From contig CAWJBB010000021.1 of the NCBI GenBank assembly GCA_963840855.1, positions 132,602 through 196,601 on the forward strand: a stretch of DNA of 64,000 nucleotides, given 5' to 3'. Positions 39,966-50,112 of this stretch are shown here, piece by piece. The notes under the pieces were generated by a model that was given only the letters and a program-made list of their open reading frames with translations, was not told the DNA's origin and ran no database searches. The position numbers and the translations under genes were made by a program. Position 1 is the stretch's first letter; each line of letters opens with the position of its first letter. Source of the stretch: an uncultured delta proteobacterium (lineage in GTDB: Bacteria > Desulfobacterota > Binatia > UBA9968).

Positions 39966-40180
39966 GAAAAATCCCTCCTTTCTCCGAGGCTCTTATTCTG
40001 GAAACATTCCTGCCCGCCAAGCAAGATGCGACAGATACGCGAGACAGCGGGATGGGTAGCGCGATGTATGGCAATTCGAGGTTTGTGCGGCTGAGAATAT
40101 AGATCGAGAACGACATCTCGGAGACATCGAATTCCTGATATTTAAACAGTCGAACGTAAGAGCCGGCCGCGCGCGGATGA

Positions 40181-40585
40181 CTATTTGGTGCCGAGCCAGC
40201 CGTGCTCGGACAGGTCGATGGTCACGCCGTCCGGGCCCGTGAACTTGACCTCGACGTTGCCGCGCTTCGCCATCTCTTCCGTTCCCGGGTAAGGACGGTG
40301 CACCGCACCGGCCTTCTCGATTCGCGCCCTTCCCTCCGCCATGTCCTCGACTTCGACGCCAAAATGGTGCAGCCCGGTATACCTGAGCGTGCCCTCGGTA
40401 GTCGCGGGGTCGTCGTATTTGAACTTCAGGATTGCGAGGTTTACGTGACCATCGCTCAGGTAATAGCCCTGGGAGGTTGGGGTGTTGACCTTACCCACTT
40501 CTTTTAAGCCGAGACCCTCCATGTAGAACCGTGCCGTTGCCTCCGGGTCGCGAGTGGCGATCGCGATGTGCCGAATTCGTGCCAT
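40181..40585 (-). CDS. VOC/glyoxalase-family protein
   Basis: IRHIAIAT.DPE.TARFY, YLSDGHVNLAIL, GLHHFGVEV and GPDGVTIDLSE..W motifs. Confidence 0.9.
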   Translation of the reverse strand: MARIRHIAIATRDPEATARFYMEGLGLKEVGKVNTPTSQGYYLSDGHVNLAILKFKYDDPATTEGTLRYTGLHHFGVEVEDMAEGRARIEKAGAVHRPYPGTEEMAKRGNVEVKFTGPDGVTIDLSEHGWLGTK

Positions 40586-40664
40586 TGTCGACCTCCTTTT
40601 TCTGTGCCCTCTGTCCGCGCCGTTCAACGAGGCGCCCCGAACTTAGCTGGGATTCGGAAGAATA

Positions 40665-41435
40665 TCACTGTTTACCCGACGCCGCTCGCTTCTGGTAATT
40701 CCAGATACCGTTACGTTGCGGCGCGCGGCCGTCGAGGACGTCCTTGAAGTGCGGCTGCTCGTAAAGCGGTGTGCGATTCGACATCTCGTCAATTAAATTG
40801 TCGGCCAGATGGGTGTAGCCCTTGCCCTCCGCGCAGTACGCGAGATAGTTCATCCGCGCCTGCTCTTCCAGCTGCGCCATGCCCATCACCGCCTCTGCGA
40901 GGCTGTTTCCCGTCGTTACGGCGCCATGGCCGAGAAGCAGCATTGCGCGGCTGTCGCCCAACAGGTTTGCGACCTCCATGCCCTCAGCATCGCTCTGGAT
41001 GGTTTTGACGTGGGGGTAAATCGGCAGCGTATGGCGCACTAGTTGCGCGCCTTCCTGACACATCGGCTTCAGCGAGCCCGTGAGGATGCTCATGAGGATG
41101 GTGTAGCGCGGGTGGACATGCACGACGGTCTGGACCTTCGGGTGCGTTTTGTAGATGCAAGCGTGGATCTTCACTTCGGAGCACTGCGTGAGTCCCGATC
41201 GCCCGGCGATGAGGAATCCCTCGGTGTCGCACATGACCATGTCGTCCGGCTCCATGACAGCCAGGGCGTCGAACTCGTACTCGCGGCCCTTGACGAAGAA
41301 GTGGTTGGGCTCCGAGGGGACGCGCATGCTGGCGTGTCCGAGGGCAGCGGTGACGCCGGCCGCGAGGCCCAGATTGGCGAGCACGCGGTTCGCAGCTGCG
41401 ACTTCGCGCTTTACGTCTTCGAGATCCGAATTCAT
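40665..41435 (-). CDS. Class II aldolase/adducin-family protein
   Basis: GHASMR, SEVKIHACIY, VVHVHP and LLLGHG Zn ligands. Confidence 0.9.
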   Translation of the reverse strand: MNSDLEDVKREVAAANRVLANLGLAAGVTAALGHASMRVPSEPNHFFVKGREYEFDALAVMEPDDMVMCDTEGFLIAGRSGLTQCSEVKIHACIYKTHPKVQTVVHVHPRYTILMSILTGSLKPMCQEGAQLVRHTLPIYPHVKTIQSDAEGMEVANLLGDSRAMLLLGHGAVTTGNSLAEAVMGMAQLEEQARMNYLAYCAEGKGYTHLADNLIDEMSNRTPLYEQPHFKDVLDGRAPQRNGIWNYQKRAASGKQ

Positions 41436-41623
41436 TTCCAGTTGCTCCTTTACGTTTTTCTAGCGCCCAACCCGGGTGACTGAAAATCTGCTCAATCCGC
41501 CGCATGCGAGCCAGCTGTCAATAGCCGGAGAGTGACATCGACAAATGAAAGCAGTCCACTCATCCCGCTTTCGGAGCCGAAGGTATCCGATAACGACGCG
41601 TGGCGTCAACCTTTGGCGCCAAA

Positions 41624-42016
41624 TCAGCGCTTGGCGCCGTCCCATCCGTGGGTCGAGATGTCGAACACGATGCCGTTGGGATCGCGGAACTTGTGTTCTG
41701 CGTTCTCCGGCACATGCGCCGTGGGGCCGTGATGATACTTGCCGCCGTTGGCTTCGATCGCTTCCTTCATAGAGTCGATGTCGTTCACCCAGATGCCGAA
41801 ATGGTGCAGGCCAACGAAGTCCTTGCCGCGCTCATCGCCGGCATCCTCCTCGGTTTCGAACTGCAGCAAAGTGATGTTCATTACACCGTCCGAAAGACGC
41901 GTCGCAACACGCGAATGCGACACGCGCTCAAAGCCGAAGGTCTCTTCGTAGAACTTGGCTGCCTTCTCTTTATCGGGCACCGAGATCGCTAGGTGTCTCA
42001 GCTTCCCTTTCACCAT
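41624..42016 (-). CDS. VOC/glyoxalase-family protein (paralog of 40181-40585)
   Basis: LRHLAISV, LSDGVMNITLL, GLHHFGIWV and DPNGIVFDIS..GW motifs. Confidence 0.9.
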   Translation of the reverse strand: MVKGKLRHLAISVPDKEKAAKFYEETFGFERVSHSRVATRLSDGVMNITLLQFETEEDAGDERGKDFVGLHHFGIWVNDIDSMKEAIEANGGKYHHGPTAHVPENAEHKFRDPNGIVFDISTHGWDGAKR

Positions 42017-42049
42017 AGTATTTCTCCATTCCCCTTTACTCCGAGCTTT

Positions 42050-43012
42050 TTATCCTAACCGTTCTTGCCGCTCATATTCACCGAAGGGCGTCTGCAGAGC
42101 CGGTATCACTTCCTTGGCGAGCATTTCCACCTGAGCGTGAAGCAACTCCTGCGGTCCGCAGGGCCGCATGACAAACTTCGTCGCACCGACATCGATGTAA
42201 GCGCGAATCTTATTTCGAACTGCTTCCGGTGTTCCCAACGCGGCGTAATCCTCAACGGGAATGTCCATCCGGCGCCGCAGCGAAGGCCCGGCGGCGGCCA
42301 GAGCTTCTTCCGCATTGCGCGCGAAAAAGTAGGGAATCAAGACTCCATAGTGGTCTTCCGGGATCTCACGTCCGGCTTCTTTGGCATGACCACGGATTGC
42401 TTCAATACCTTCGCCCATCTCCGTCGGTGTCACCGACGAAACCAACCAGCCATCGCTCAACCGGCCAGCGCGCCGAAACGCGGCTTTGCTCCGCCCGCCG
42501 ACCCAGATGGGGGGACCGCCTTTTTGATAAGGACGAGGCAAGATGGTCAGCTCTTGGGTCGAGTAGAACTGGCCATCGAAGGTCACATTCTCCTCCCTCC
42601 AGAGTTTCTTTATCAACACGATCGCTTCATCACCTCGCCTGCCGCGCTCTTCTTTGCGTACGCCCATGGCAGCGAAGTCCTTGGAATCGTCTCCGCCGAT
42701 GCCCACGACGAGGAGAAGCCGCCCCTTGCAAAGAAAATCCAGCGTGGCGAGTTGCTTTGCGAGCACCACCGGATTGCGGGTCGGCAACACAAGCGCGCTG
42801 GTGCCAAACTTCATGTTGCGCATGCGCGACGCCATATACGACATGAAGACGATTGGATCGAGGGTCGGCCGCGGCGCGGCAATGCGGTCGCTGACCCAAA
42901 CCGAGTCAATTTCCCAGCGCTCACACTGATCGATAAAATCAAGCAGGCGATCGGGCGAGTCGCTCTCCAACGCGCCATCGCCTATAGTGATTCCGATTCG
43001 AATTTTCAACAT
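42050..43012 (-). CDS. LLM-class flavin-dependent oxidoreductase
   Basis: IDSVWVSDRI, RNPVVLAKQLATLD, PRPYQKGGPPIWVGG and RRAGRLSDGW motifs. Confidence 0.92.
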   Translation of the reverse strand: MLKIRIGITIGDGALESDSPDRLLDFIDQCERWEIDSVWVSDRIAAPRPTLDPIVFMSYMASRMRNMKFGTSALVLPTRNPVVLAKQLATLDFLCKGRLLLVVGIGGDDSKDFAAMGVRKEERGRRGDEAIVLIKKLWREENVTFDGQFYSTQELTILPRPYQKGGPPIWVGGRSKAAFRRAGRLSDGWLVSSVTPTEMGEGIEAIRGHAKEAGREIPEDHYGVLIPYFFARNAEEALAAAGPSLRRRMDIPVEDYAALGTPEAVRNKIRAYIDVGATKFVMRPCGPQELLHAQVEMLAKEVIPALQTPFGEYERQERLG

Positions 43013-43050
43013 TACATTTCACGCTTCCCGATCATTTACCTCTCAACAAA

Positions 43051-43088
43051 CGTCTTGAACTGTTTGAACGACTTGAACGGATTGAACC
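43051..43088. repeat. Nonamer tandem array between two LLM genes
   Basis: GTCTTGAAC TGTTTGAAC GACTTGAAC GGATTGAAC. Confidence 0.85.
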
Positions 43089-43098
43089 TTCTTTCCAG

Positions 43099-44028
43099 CT
43101 AAAGCTGCGGCATGATTTCTTTCGCGCAAATCTCCAGATGTTCCATCTCGTCAAACATCGGATTGAACACGATCTGTTGCGCACCGGCTTTTACGATCTC
43201 CTGAATTTTTTCCGTGCATTCAGCGGCGCTGCCCCAGATGGAAACCTTCGGACCGAGGTCTGAATTCTTATAGCGCCGCCCGAACCACTCCCGTATGCGG
43301 CCCTCGGCGCGTGCCGCATCATTGTCCACCGCCAAATAAACTCGTTTGGCGACATGAAACGTTGCCGGGTCGCGGTTTGCTTCTCCGAGGAATTCGCGAA
43401 TCCTCGCTGATTCGCGGATAAAGGACGCTGACGACGACGAACCGGCGCCCATCCAGCCATTGGCGTATTTGACGGCGCGGCGCAGCGCGTTTTCGTGATG
43501 GCCGCCAAAGATGATCGGCACGTGCGGTTTTTGCACGGGCTTCGGCTCCATCGCAACATCTTTGAAATTCCAATACCGGCCTTGAAAGCTCGCCTTGGGT
43601 TCTGTCCATACAAGCTTCATGATCTGCACGGCTTCAGTAAAGCGCGTCACGCGCCCTGCGCGCGTGTAACCGAACACATCTTCGTGCGACCCCAGATGCC
43701 CGCCGCCCAGTCCGACGCCAATAACCGCGCGCCCTCCGCTCATGCAATCCAGTGTCGCGTAGGCTTTAGCCAGCTGTAGCGGATTACGTAACGGTAACAG
43801 AATCACCGAAGTGCCCAACTTGAGCTTGGTGGTAATCGCGGCGACGTAACTGAGCAAGGTCACCGGCTCCAGCATGATGAAGTCGCCGATGATACGCTCC
43901 TGCAGCCAAAGTCCGTCGTAGCCGAGCGTCTCCGCTTTGGTCGCGAACCCGCGGATATGCTCCATGTCGACCGGGCCGTCGAAAAAAACCTGCGGAAGTT
44001 CGATACCGCAAGGTAAGTGATTGGCCAT
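43099..44028 (-). CDS. LLM-class flavin-dependent oxidoreductase
   Basis: AETLGYDGLW, RNPLQLAKAYATLD, PKPVQKPHVPIIFGG and LRRAVKYANGW motifs. Confidence 0.92.
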   Translation of the reverse strand: MANHLPCGIELPQVFFDGPVDMEHIRGFATKAETLGYDGLWLQERIIGDFIMLEPVTLLSYVAAITTKLKLGTSVILLPLRNPLQLAKAYATLDCMSGGRAVIGVGLGGGHLGSHEDVFGYTRAGRVTRFTEAVQIMKLVWTEPKASFQGRYWNFKDVAMEPKPVQKPHVPIIFGGHHENALRRAVKYANGWMGAGSSSSASFIRESARIREFLGEANRDPATFHVAKRVYLAVDNDAARAEGRIREWFGRRYKNSDLGPKVSIWGSAAECTEKIQEIVKAGAQQIVFNPMFDEMEHLEICAKEIMPQL

Positions 44029-44071
44029 TCTTAGGTTCTCCGATCTTTACGTTCGTCGCGGTTGAATCTCA

Positions 44072-44125
44072 CCCACCTCTTTCCTTTTCTATATTCTCCC
44101 CCGTCCGACGGGGGATGCAGGTGGG
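44072..44125. repeat. C/G-rich intergenic hairpin (repeat or terminator-like)
   Basis: CCCACCT...TCCCCCGT-CCG-ACGGGGGA...AGGTGGG; a similar CCCT...AGGG hairpin lies at ~47047-47090. Confidence 0.5.
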
Positions 44126-44133
44126 GGCTGCTC

Positions 44134-45285
44134 TTAATTCACGTTATAAAGTCGGGCGCAGTTGTCCCACAGAATTTTCTTCCTGGAACTGCTCGGCATC
44201 TCCATTGCCATGAAATGATTGATGGCATTGGGCCAGTGCGAGTCCGCATGCGGATAGTCCGTTGAGATTACGACATTGTCGTCGCCGATCCGCCTGACGA
44301 CGTCGTCCAGCAGATTTTCCTCGACATCGACGGAGATGAAGCACTGGCGCATGAAATAGTCACTGGGTTTCATGCTCAAGGGTTCGTTCGCATAATCTTT
44401 GCGCAGATCCCAGCGCTCGTCCAGCCGGTAGAGCACCCAGGGTAGCCAGCTGCAGTTGCCTTCGAGAAAGGCAACTTTCAATTTGGGAAACCGTTCCAGG
44501 ACGCCGCCGGCGCAGAAGCTTCCCACCGCGAGCATCAGCTCGATGGGATTGCGAAACGCATTGATCAACACGGCTTCGTTGGCGTGTCCCTTGAAGCGGT
44601 GGACAACCTGATCGGTATTGGGGTTGGCCGCTGGGTGAAAGCAAATCGGCACGCCCAGCTTCTCTGCTTCGCGCCAAACGGGGTCGTAATAGCGGTCATG
44701 AATATGGCGGCCATTGGCCGGCTCCGGTACCAGGCATAGGCCAATAGCGTCCAGCTCGATAATTGCGCGACGCGTCTCATCGACGGCAAGATCGACATCA
44801 TGCAGCGTGATCAATGCCGATGGCCTGAGGCGCTTCGGGTCGGCCCTACAAAAATCGGCCATCCAACTATTCCAAGCGCGGCAGAGATCGTTCGCATAGT
44901 CCGCTGCCAAACTATCGTCGCAGTGGAGCGGAAAAGTTCGAAACAGTACGGCCACATCCAAGCCTTCTTCGTCCATCGCTTCGAGCTGCGAGACGGCATC
45001 GTAGTTCCGCTCGAGGGGTTTCACGTAGCGCTGAGCCACGCCATCCTCTCCTGGGGATGCTTCGTTGGCAATCGGCATTGGCGTCGCGGCGGATAGCGCT
45101 TGCACGCCGGATGATCTAATGGGCTTGCCGTCGGCGTAGGTAAATCTGATCTGGCCATGTTTTTTTCTCGGCTCGCCGCGCGGAATGCGGTCGCCCCATT
45201 CAGGGTTCATGTATTTCAAATAAAGGTCAGGCGGCTCGAAGACATGCATATCGCTGTCCAGTATTTTAAAACCGTTTCTGGCCAT
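44134..45285 (-). CDS. Amidohydrolase_2-family protein
   Basis: LDSDMHVFEP, MDEEGLDVAVLF, PICFHP, GVLERFPKLKVAFLE and STDYPHADS motifs. Confidence 0.92.
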   Translation of the reverse strand: MARNGFKILDSDMHVFEPPDLYLKYMNPEWGDRIPRGEPRKKHGQIRFTYADGKPIRSSGVQALSAATPMPIANEASPGEDGVAQRYVKPLERNYDAVSQLEAMDEEGLDVAVLFRTFPLHCDDSLAADYANDLCRAWNSWMADFCRADPKRLRPSALITLHDVDLAVDETRRAIIELDAIGLCLVPEPANGRHIHDRYYDPVWREAEKLGVPICFHPAANPNTDQVVHRFKGHANEAVLINAFRNPIELMLAVGSFCAGGVLERFPKLKVAFLEGNCSWLPWVLYRLDERWDLRKDYANEPLSMKPSDYFMRQCFISVDVEENLLDDVVRRIGDDNVVISTDYPHADSHWPNAINHFMAMEMPSSSRKKILWDNCARLYNVN

Positions 45286-45512
45286 AGCGCTTTCCTCCTG
45301 TTCGTAAGCCTCCGTCTATCTCGTTTTCTTATTCTATTTTCGTAACGCTTAGCGCCGTTGAATCCCGCCTGTCAACAGCAATTGGCGCATTGCATTGAGG
45401 CGCGGCATCGCGTCAGAGCCGGGCGATACAAGTATAAGTAGTCTGGCTTGACAGCAACCGATACGGAACGGTAGAAAACCTTAGCCAAACCTTAGGGGCT
45501 ACGGAGGCGTCA

Positions 45513-47042
45513 ATGGCGACGAATTCTTCTAAATCTTTGCTGATCGGCACTGTTTTGACGGCGGCATTCGCCGTCGCAACCGGCGCAGGATGGGCGCAGA
45601 CTCGGGTTTCCATCGGCGTCACCGAGACCATTGAGACACACAATCCCTACGGCGACAGCGTTTCTCTCATGTACGGCATCTGGAGCGAAGTGACCGGCCC
45701 GTTCTGCACTTACAGTTACATCAAGGGCGACTTTGAAGGACGGCTGGCCGAGCGTTGGAAAGTCGAGAACCCGACGACGTGGGTTTTCTATCTCAACAAG
45801 AACTACAAGTTTAACGACGGCACGCCGGTCACCGCGGACGACGTGGTGCATTCGATGATGAATCGGGTGATCAACGATCCGCAGTCGAAGCAGAAGGCTT
45901 CCGTCGCGCCGTTCGTCCAAAAAGCCGAAGCCGCCGACAAATTCACAGTGAGAATCACCACGAACAAACCGACCGCGCCGGTTTTGGCTTTTCTCTGTGA
46001 CCGCCTCATCGTCACGAGCAAAGCCGCCTTCGACAAATACGGGCGCGACGTGGCGGACAAAGAACACATGATGGGCGGCGGACCCTATCGGCTGAAAGAG
46101 CTCATTCCGGGACAGCGCCTGGTCCTGCAGAAGCGGCCGGAACATCCCGACGCCAAAAAAAATCCGCGGGCGCCGGACGAGGTGATTTATCGCATAATGC
46201 GGGAACCGGAACAACGCGTGACGGCATTGTTAAATGACGAAGTTCAGATCGCTCAGTTCGTTCCGCCCCATATGCGCCAGCGGGTTGAAAAAACCTCGAG
46301 CTTGAAATTGGTCTCGACGGACTCCATCGAAATAATGTTCTTGGCGATGCAGCCAAAACCGCCCTTCGACAAGAAGGAAGTTAGACAAGCGGTGTGCCAC
46401 GCGATCAATCGAGATCAGATCATCAGTACTCTGCTCGAAGGTTTCGCTAGCCGTCTCGACGGCCCGCTCGGTCCGGGGCAGTACGGCTACGATCCGAACC
46501 TAAAACCAAAGATGAACTACGATCCGGAAAAATCGAAGAAGCTCTTGGCCCAAGCGGGCTTTGCCGGCGGCGTCGACGTCGAGCTGCAAACCCCCGTGGG
46601 CCGTTACACGCTCGATAAGCAACTGACGGAAGCGATGATCCCGATGCTAAACGCGGCGGGTTTTCGCGCGCGGCTGCTGACGCCGGAATGGGCGACGCTT
46701 TGGGGCAGCGTGCAAAAGGGCGGGGTTCCCTTCTACTATATGGGGCGAGGCTCGGTCCAGGATCCGAGCGGAGCCTTGCATCAATACTTTCACACTGGCG
46801 AGACACCGCGGATCGGTTATTCGAATCCTAAACTCGACGAAATTCTCGATAAGGAACAGGCCGAATTCGATCCAAAAAAACGCCGGCAATATCTCTCGCA
46901 GGCCATGAGCATTATCACCGAGGAGGCTCCCGCCTGCTTTATGTGGCGGCATAAGTTGCTCTGGGGATTGAGCAACAAAGTGGATTATAAGCCGCTGCCA
47001 GATTCGCGCGTGTACGCCATCGAGATGGCGGTCAAGAAGTAG
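45513..47042 (+). CDS. ABC peptide/nickel substrate-binding protein (family 5, DppA-like)
   Basis: Signal peptide; LAERWK, KFNDGTPVTADDV, GGGPYRL, VRQAVCHAINR and YDPEKSKKLLAQAG motifs. Confidence 0.92.
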   Translation: MATNSSKSLLIGTVLTAAFAVATGAGWAQTRVSIGVTETIETHNPYGDSVSLMYGIWSEVTGPFCTYSYIKGDFEGRLAERWKVENPTTWVFYLNKNYKFNDGTPVTADDVVHSMMNRVINDPQSKQKASVAPFVQKAEAADKFTVRITTNKPTAPVLAFLCDRLIVTSKAAFDKYGRDVADKEHMMGGGPYRLKELIPGQRLVLQKRPEHPDAKKNPRAPDEVIYRIMREPEQRVTALLNDEVQIAQFVPPHMRQRVEKTSSLKLVSTDSIEIMFLAMQPKPPFDKKEVRQAVCHAINRDQIISTLLEGFASRLDGPLGPGQYGYDPNLKPKMNYDPEKSKKLLAQAGFAGGVDVELQTPVGRYTLDKQLTEAMIPMLNAAGFRARLLTPEWATLWGSVQKGGVPFYYMGRGSVQDPSGALHQYFHTGETPRIGYSNPKLDEILDKEQAEFDPKKRRQYLSQAMSIITEEAPACFMWRHKLLWGLSNKVDYKPLPDSRVYAIEMAVKK

Positions 47043-47163
47043 AAGACCCTCACTCTTCCCTTCTCCCACACTGGGCGAGGGTTAGGGAGAGTCCACAGCG
47101 CGGACAGTAGCGCAACCACAGGCCCATGAGTGGCTATCCTATTGTTGAATAGAGGGCAATCAA

Positions 47164-48039
47164 ATGACAGGTGAAAAATTCGTCGACGTTGACGGTATTC
47201 GCACCCGTTACTTCGAAAAAGGCAGTGGCCCGGTCGTCGTGCTATTCCACGGCGGCCACTTCGGCTCCCACGACGCCGCCGACTGCGCCGAGGACTGGAG
47301 CCTAAACTTCGACGGACTGGCGCAGTGGTTTAGAGTTTTCGCCATCGACAAGATCGGCCAGGGCTTCACGGACAATCCGGAGCGCGACGACGAGTACACC
47401 ATGGCCGCTGTGGTGCAGCATGCTTATGGCTTCCTCAAGGCGCTGGGGTTGCGCGGCGTGCATCCCGTCGGCCACTCGCGCGGGGCGTATTTGGTCGCGC
47501 GCTTGGCTCTGGAGCATCCAGAGCTTTTTAGCACCTGCATCCTCGTCGATACCAATACGCTCGCCCCCGGCATCAGCAAAAACGAAACGGTCATGGCCAA
47601 CCCGCCGATGCCGCGGCTCGGGCGCGAGAGCCAGCGCTGGGTGCTGCAAAGATACTCCTATGGCTATGAACATATCACCGAGGAATGGCTGGACGTCATG
47701 ATGCGCGTCGCGGCGCTGCCGAAGTACCAAGAGGCGGTGAAGAAGATGGAAGAAACAGGGTTGCGCACAACGCGCTTCTTACCGCATCTCGCGCGCCAGA
47801 AAGATGAAACCCTCGGCATCATCCGCGACCGTGGCTTTGGCATCCCGACGCTGCTGGCGTGGGCCTACAACGATCCCACGGCAACCATCGATCAGGGCCA
47901 CGCGCTGTTCGATCTGATTACCCGCAACACACCCGATTCGAGGATGTACATCTTCAACCGCGCCGGCCATTTCTCTTACAGAGAGCATCCCGCGGAATTC
48001 AATGAAATGCTGCGCAGTTTTATTCAGCGTAACGTTTGA
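47164..48039 (+). CDS. Alpha/beta hydrolase (C-C hydrolase-like)
   Basis: LFHGG, IDKIGQGFTD, GHSRG nucleophile and AGHFSYREHP motifs. Confidence 0.85.
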   Translation: MTGEKFVDVDGIRTRYFEKGSGPVVVLFHGGHFGSHDAADCAEDWSLNFDGLAQWFRVFAIDKIGQGFTDNPERDDEYTMAAVVQHAYGFLKALGLRGVHPVGHSRGAYLVARLALEHPELFSTCILVDTNTLAPGISKNETVMANPPMPRLGRESQRWVLQRYSYGYEHITEEWLDVMMRVAALPKYQEAVKKMEETGLRTTRFLPHLARQKDETLGIIRDRGFGIPTLLAWAYNDPTATIDQGHALFDLITRNTPDSRMYIFNRAGHFSYREHPAEFNEMLRSFIQRNV

Positions 48040-48094
48040 CATTGCATAGAAGAGATGGCGAGAATCGCTCCAGCTCCTCGGAGCATCGAATTAA

Positions 48095-49097
48095 ATGACA
48101 AGTTATCTCCTCCAACGGCTGGCCGGAACGGTGCCCGTTCTTTTGCTGATCAGCCTCCTCGTCTTCCTGCTGATCCACGCCGCTCCCGGCGACCCAACGC
48201 TCTTGCTTTTGGGCGAAGAAACCAACACCGCGGAAATCGCCAAGGCCAAAGAGCGCTGGGGCCTGGACCAGCCGGTATACCTCCAATACTTGAAGTTCCT
48301 GAAGTCCGCCGCCGCGGGGGATTTCGGAAAATCCTTCAAATATGCCGAGCCGGTCAGCCAACGTCATCAAATCACGCCTGCCCGCGACCCTTGAGCTGGC
48401 GGCTTTTGCTATTATTATCGCAACCGTACTCGCCATCCCTCTTGGCGTGTGGGCCGGTTCCCGGCCTAACTCTTGGATCGACAATCTCGGCACGACTTTC
48501 GGACTCTTCGGCATCAGCATGCCGAGCTTCTGGCTGGCTATCATGTTGATATTGCTGCTTGCCGGCGTCTTGAATATTCTTCCCACCTCGGGCCGCAGCA
48601 CCTATGGCGTAGCCGGACCCGAGCAGACCGGCTTCTATATTTTCGACAGTTTAGTGCAGAAAAACTGGCCGGCCGTGTGGGACGCCCTTGCTCATATCTT
48701 CATGCCGGCGTTGGCGCTGGGCGTGAACATGCTGGGCATCCTAATGCGTGTCACACGCTCGGCCATTTTGGAGGTCATGAATGAAGACTACGTCCGCACC
48801 GCGCGCGCCAAAGGACTGCAAGAAGAGAACGTCGTGTGGCGCCATGTCACGAGCAATGCGCTCATTCCCGTTGTCACTGTGGTCGGACTAGAATTGGGCA
48901 CGCTGCTCAGCGGTTCGATCATCGTCGAAACCGTTTTCGCGTGGCCGGGCGGCGGCAGCTTGCTCATTACCGCGTTGAACGCGCGCGATTATCCGCTGGT
49001 CACGGGCTTGGTGATGACCTATACCGTGGCATTTGTAGCGATCAATTTGATTATCGACGGACTCTATGCAGTCATTGACCCTCGAATCCGCTACTGA
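48095..49097 (+). pseudogene. ABC permease DppB-like, frameshift at ~48357, probably an assembly error
   Basis: APGDP, GLDQPVYLQY, GDFGKSF | RLPATLEL, EDYVRTARAKG and VETVFAWPG; one extra base in GTCAGCCAAC. Confidence 0.85.
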
Positions 49098-49962
49098 AAG
49101 AACCCCGGGCCGGCTCGCAGGTGTATGGCCGCGGTTGCACGTCAAGGCGTGCACCGGGGGCATGATTGTCTTGGCCTTTATTTTCATCGGCATTCTCGGG
49201 CCATCGCTGGCGCCCCACGATCCCAACAAACAAGAACTGACACGAATGATGAAAGCGCCGCAGGGAATCGGCGCGGCCAATGTTCTCGGCACGGATAACT
49301 TGGGCCGCGATATCGTGAGCCGGGTCATTTACGGCGCCCGGGTATCGTTGCTGGTGGCGTTCGCCGTCGTCTTCGTCTCCGGTTTTATCGGTGTAACCTT
49401 GGGCGCCATCTCGGGCTATTTCGGTGGCAAAGTCGATTTTGTAATTCAGAAATTGGTCGAGGTCGTCTGGGCGTTTCCGCCGCTGCTGCTCGGCATCACC
49501 ATCATGGCCTTCCTCGGCCAGGGCCTGTTCAATCTCATTCTTGCCCTGGTCGCCCAGCGCTGGATTCCCTACTGCCGCGTGGTCCGCGGCCAAGCTCTGT
49601 CGTTGCGCGAGCGCGACTTCGTGGTGGCAGCGCGCTGTCTCGGCGCCACACAGGCGCAAATTATCGTGCGCCATATCATCCCCAATCTGATTCAAACCTC
49701 GCTGGTCATCGGCACCTTCGCCATGGCGTCTTCGATCATCGCCGAAGCGAGCTTGAGCTTCCTCGGCGTCGGCGTACCGCCGGAAATTCCAACTTGGGGC
49801 ACCATGCTCGCCGACGCGCGTATCTACATCAGCACCGCTTGGTGGATGCCGCTATTCCCCGGTCTATGTATTTTTATCACGGTCCTCGGCATCAACCTGC
49901 TCGGCGATGCCCTGCGCGATCTGCTCGATCCGCGATTGAAAAGAACCGGGAGCGGCCTTTAG
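49066..49962 (+). CDS. ABC permease DppC-like
   Basis: LGTDNLGRDIVSRVIYGARVSL and EASLSFLGVGVPPEIPTWG motifs; start uncertain. Confidence 0.9.
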   Translation: MQSLTLESATERTPGRLAGVWPRLHVKACTGGMIVLAFIFIGILGPSLAPHDPNKQELTRMMKAPQGIGAANVLGTDNLGRDIVSRVIYGARVSLLVAFAVVFVSGFIGVTLGAISGYFGGKVDFVIQKLVEVVWAFPPLLLGITIMAFLGQGLFNLILALVAQRWIPYCRVVRGQALSLRERDFVVAARCLGATQAQIIVRHIIPNLIQTSLVIGTFAMASSIIAEASLSFLGVGVPPEIPTWGTMLADARIYISTAWWMPLFPGLCIFITVLGINLLGDALRDLLDPRLKRTGSGL

Positions 49963-50068
49963 TTTCTAGTTCCAAGTTTCTGGTTTCTAGTCTGATTCCC
50001 GCGCTTTAACCACCGGGGCTTCGCTTCGTCTCCGTCAACCAGAAACTAGGAACCAGAAACTTGGAACC
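49960..50068. repeat. Inverted heptamer array, GTTTCTA/CCAGAAA variant
   Basis: TAGTTTC TAGTTCC AAGTTTC TGGTTTC TAGT ... AACCAGA AACTAGG AACCAGA AACTTGG AACC. Confidence 0.85.
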
Positions 50069-50112
50069 TGCCTTCGTTGATTCTCCGGCACACTCGTGTA
50101 GATTTGATTCAA

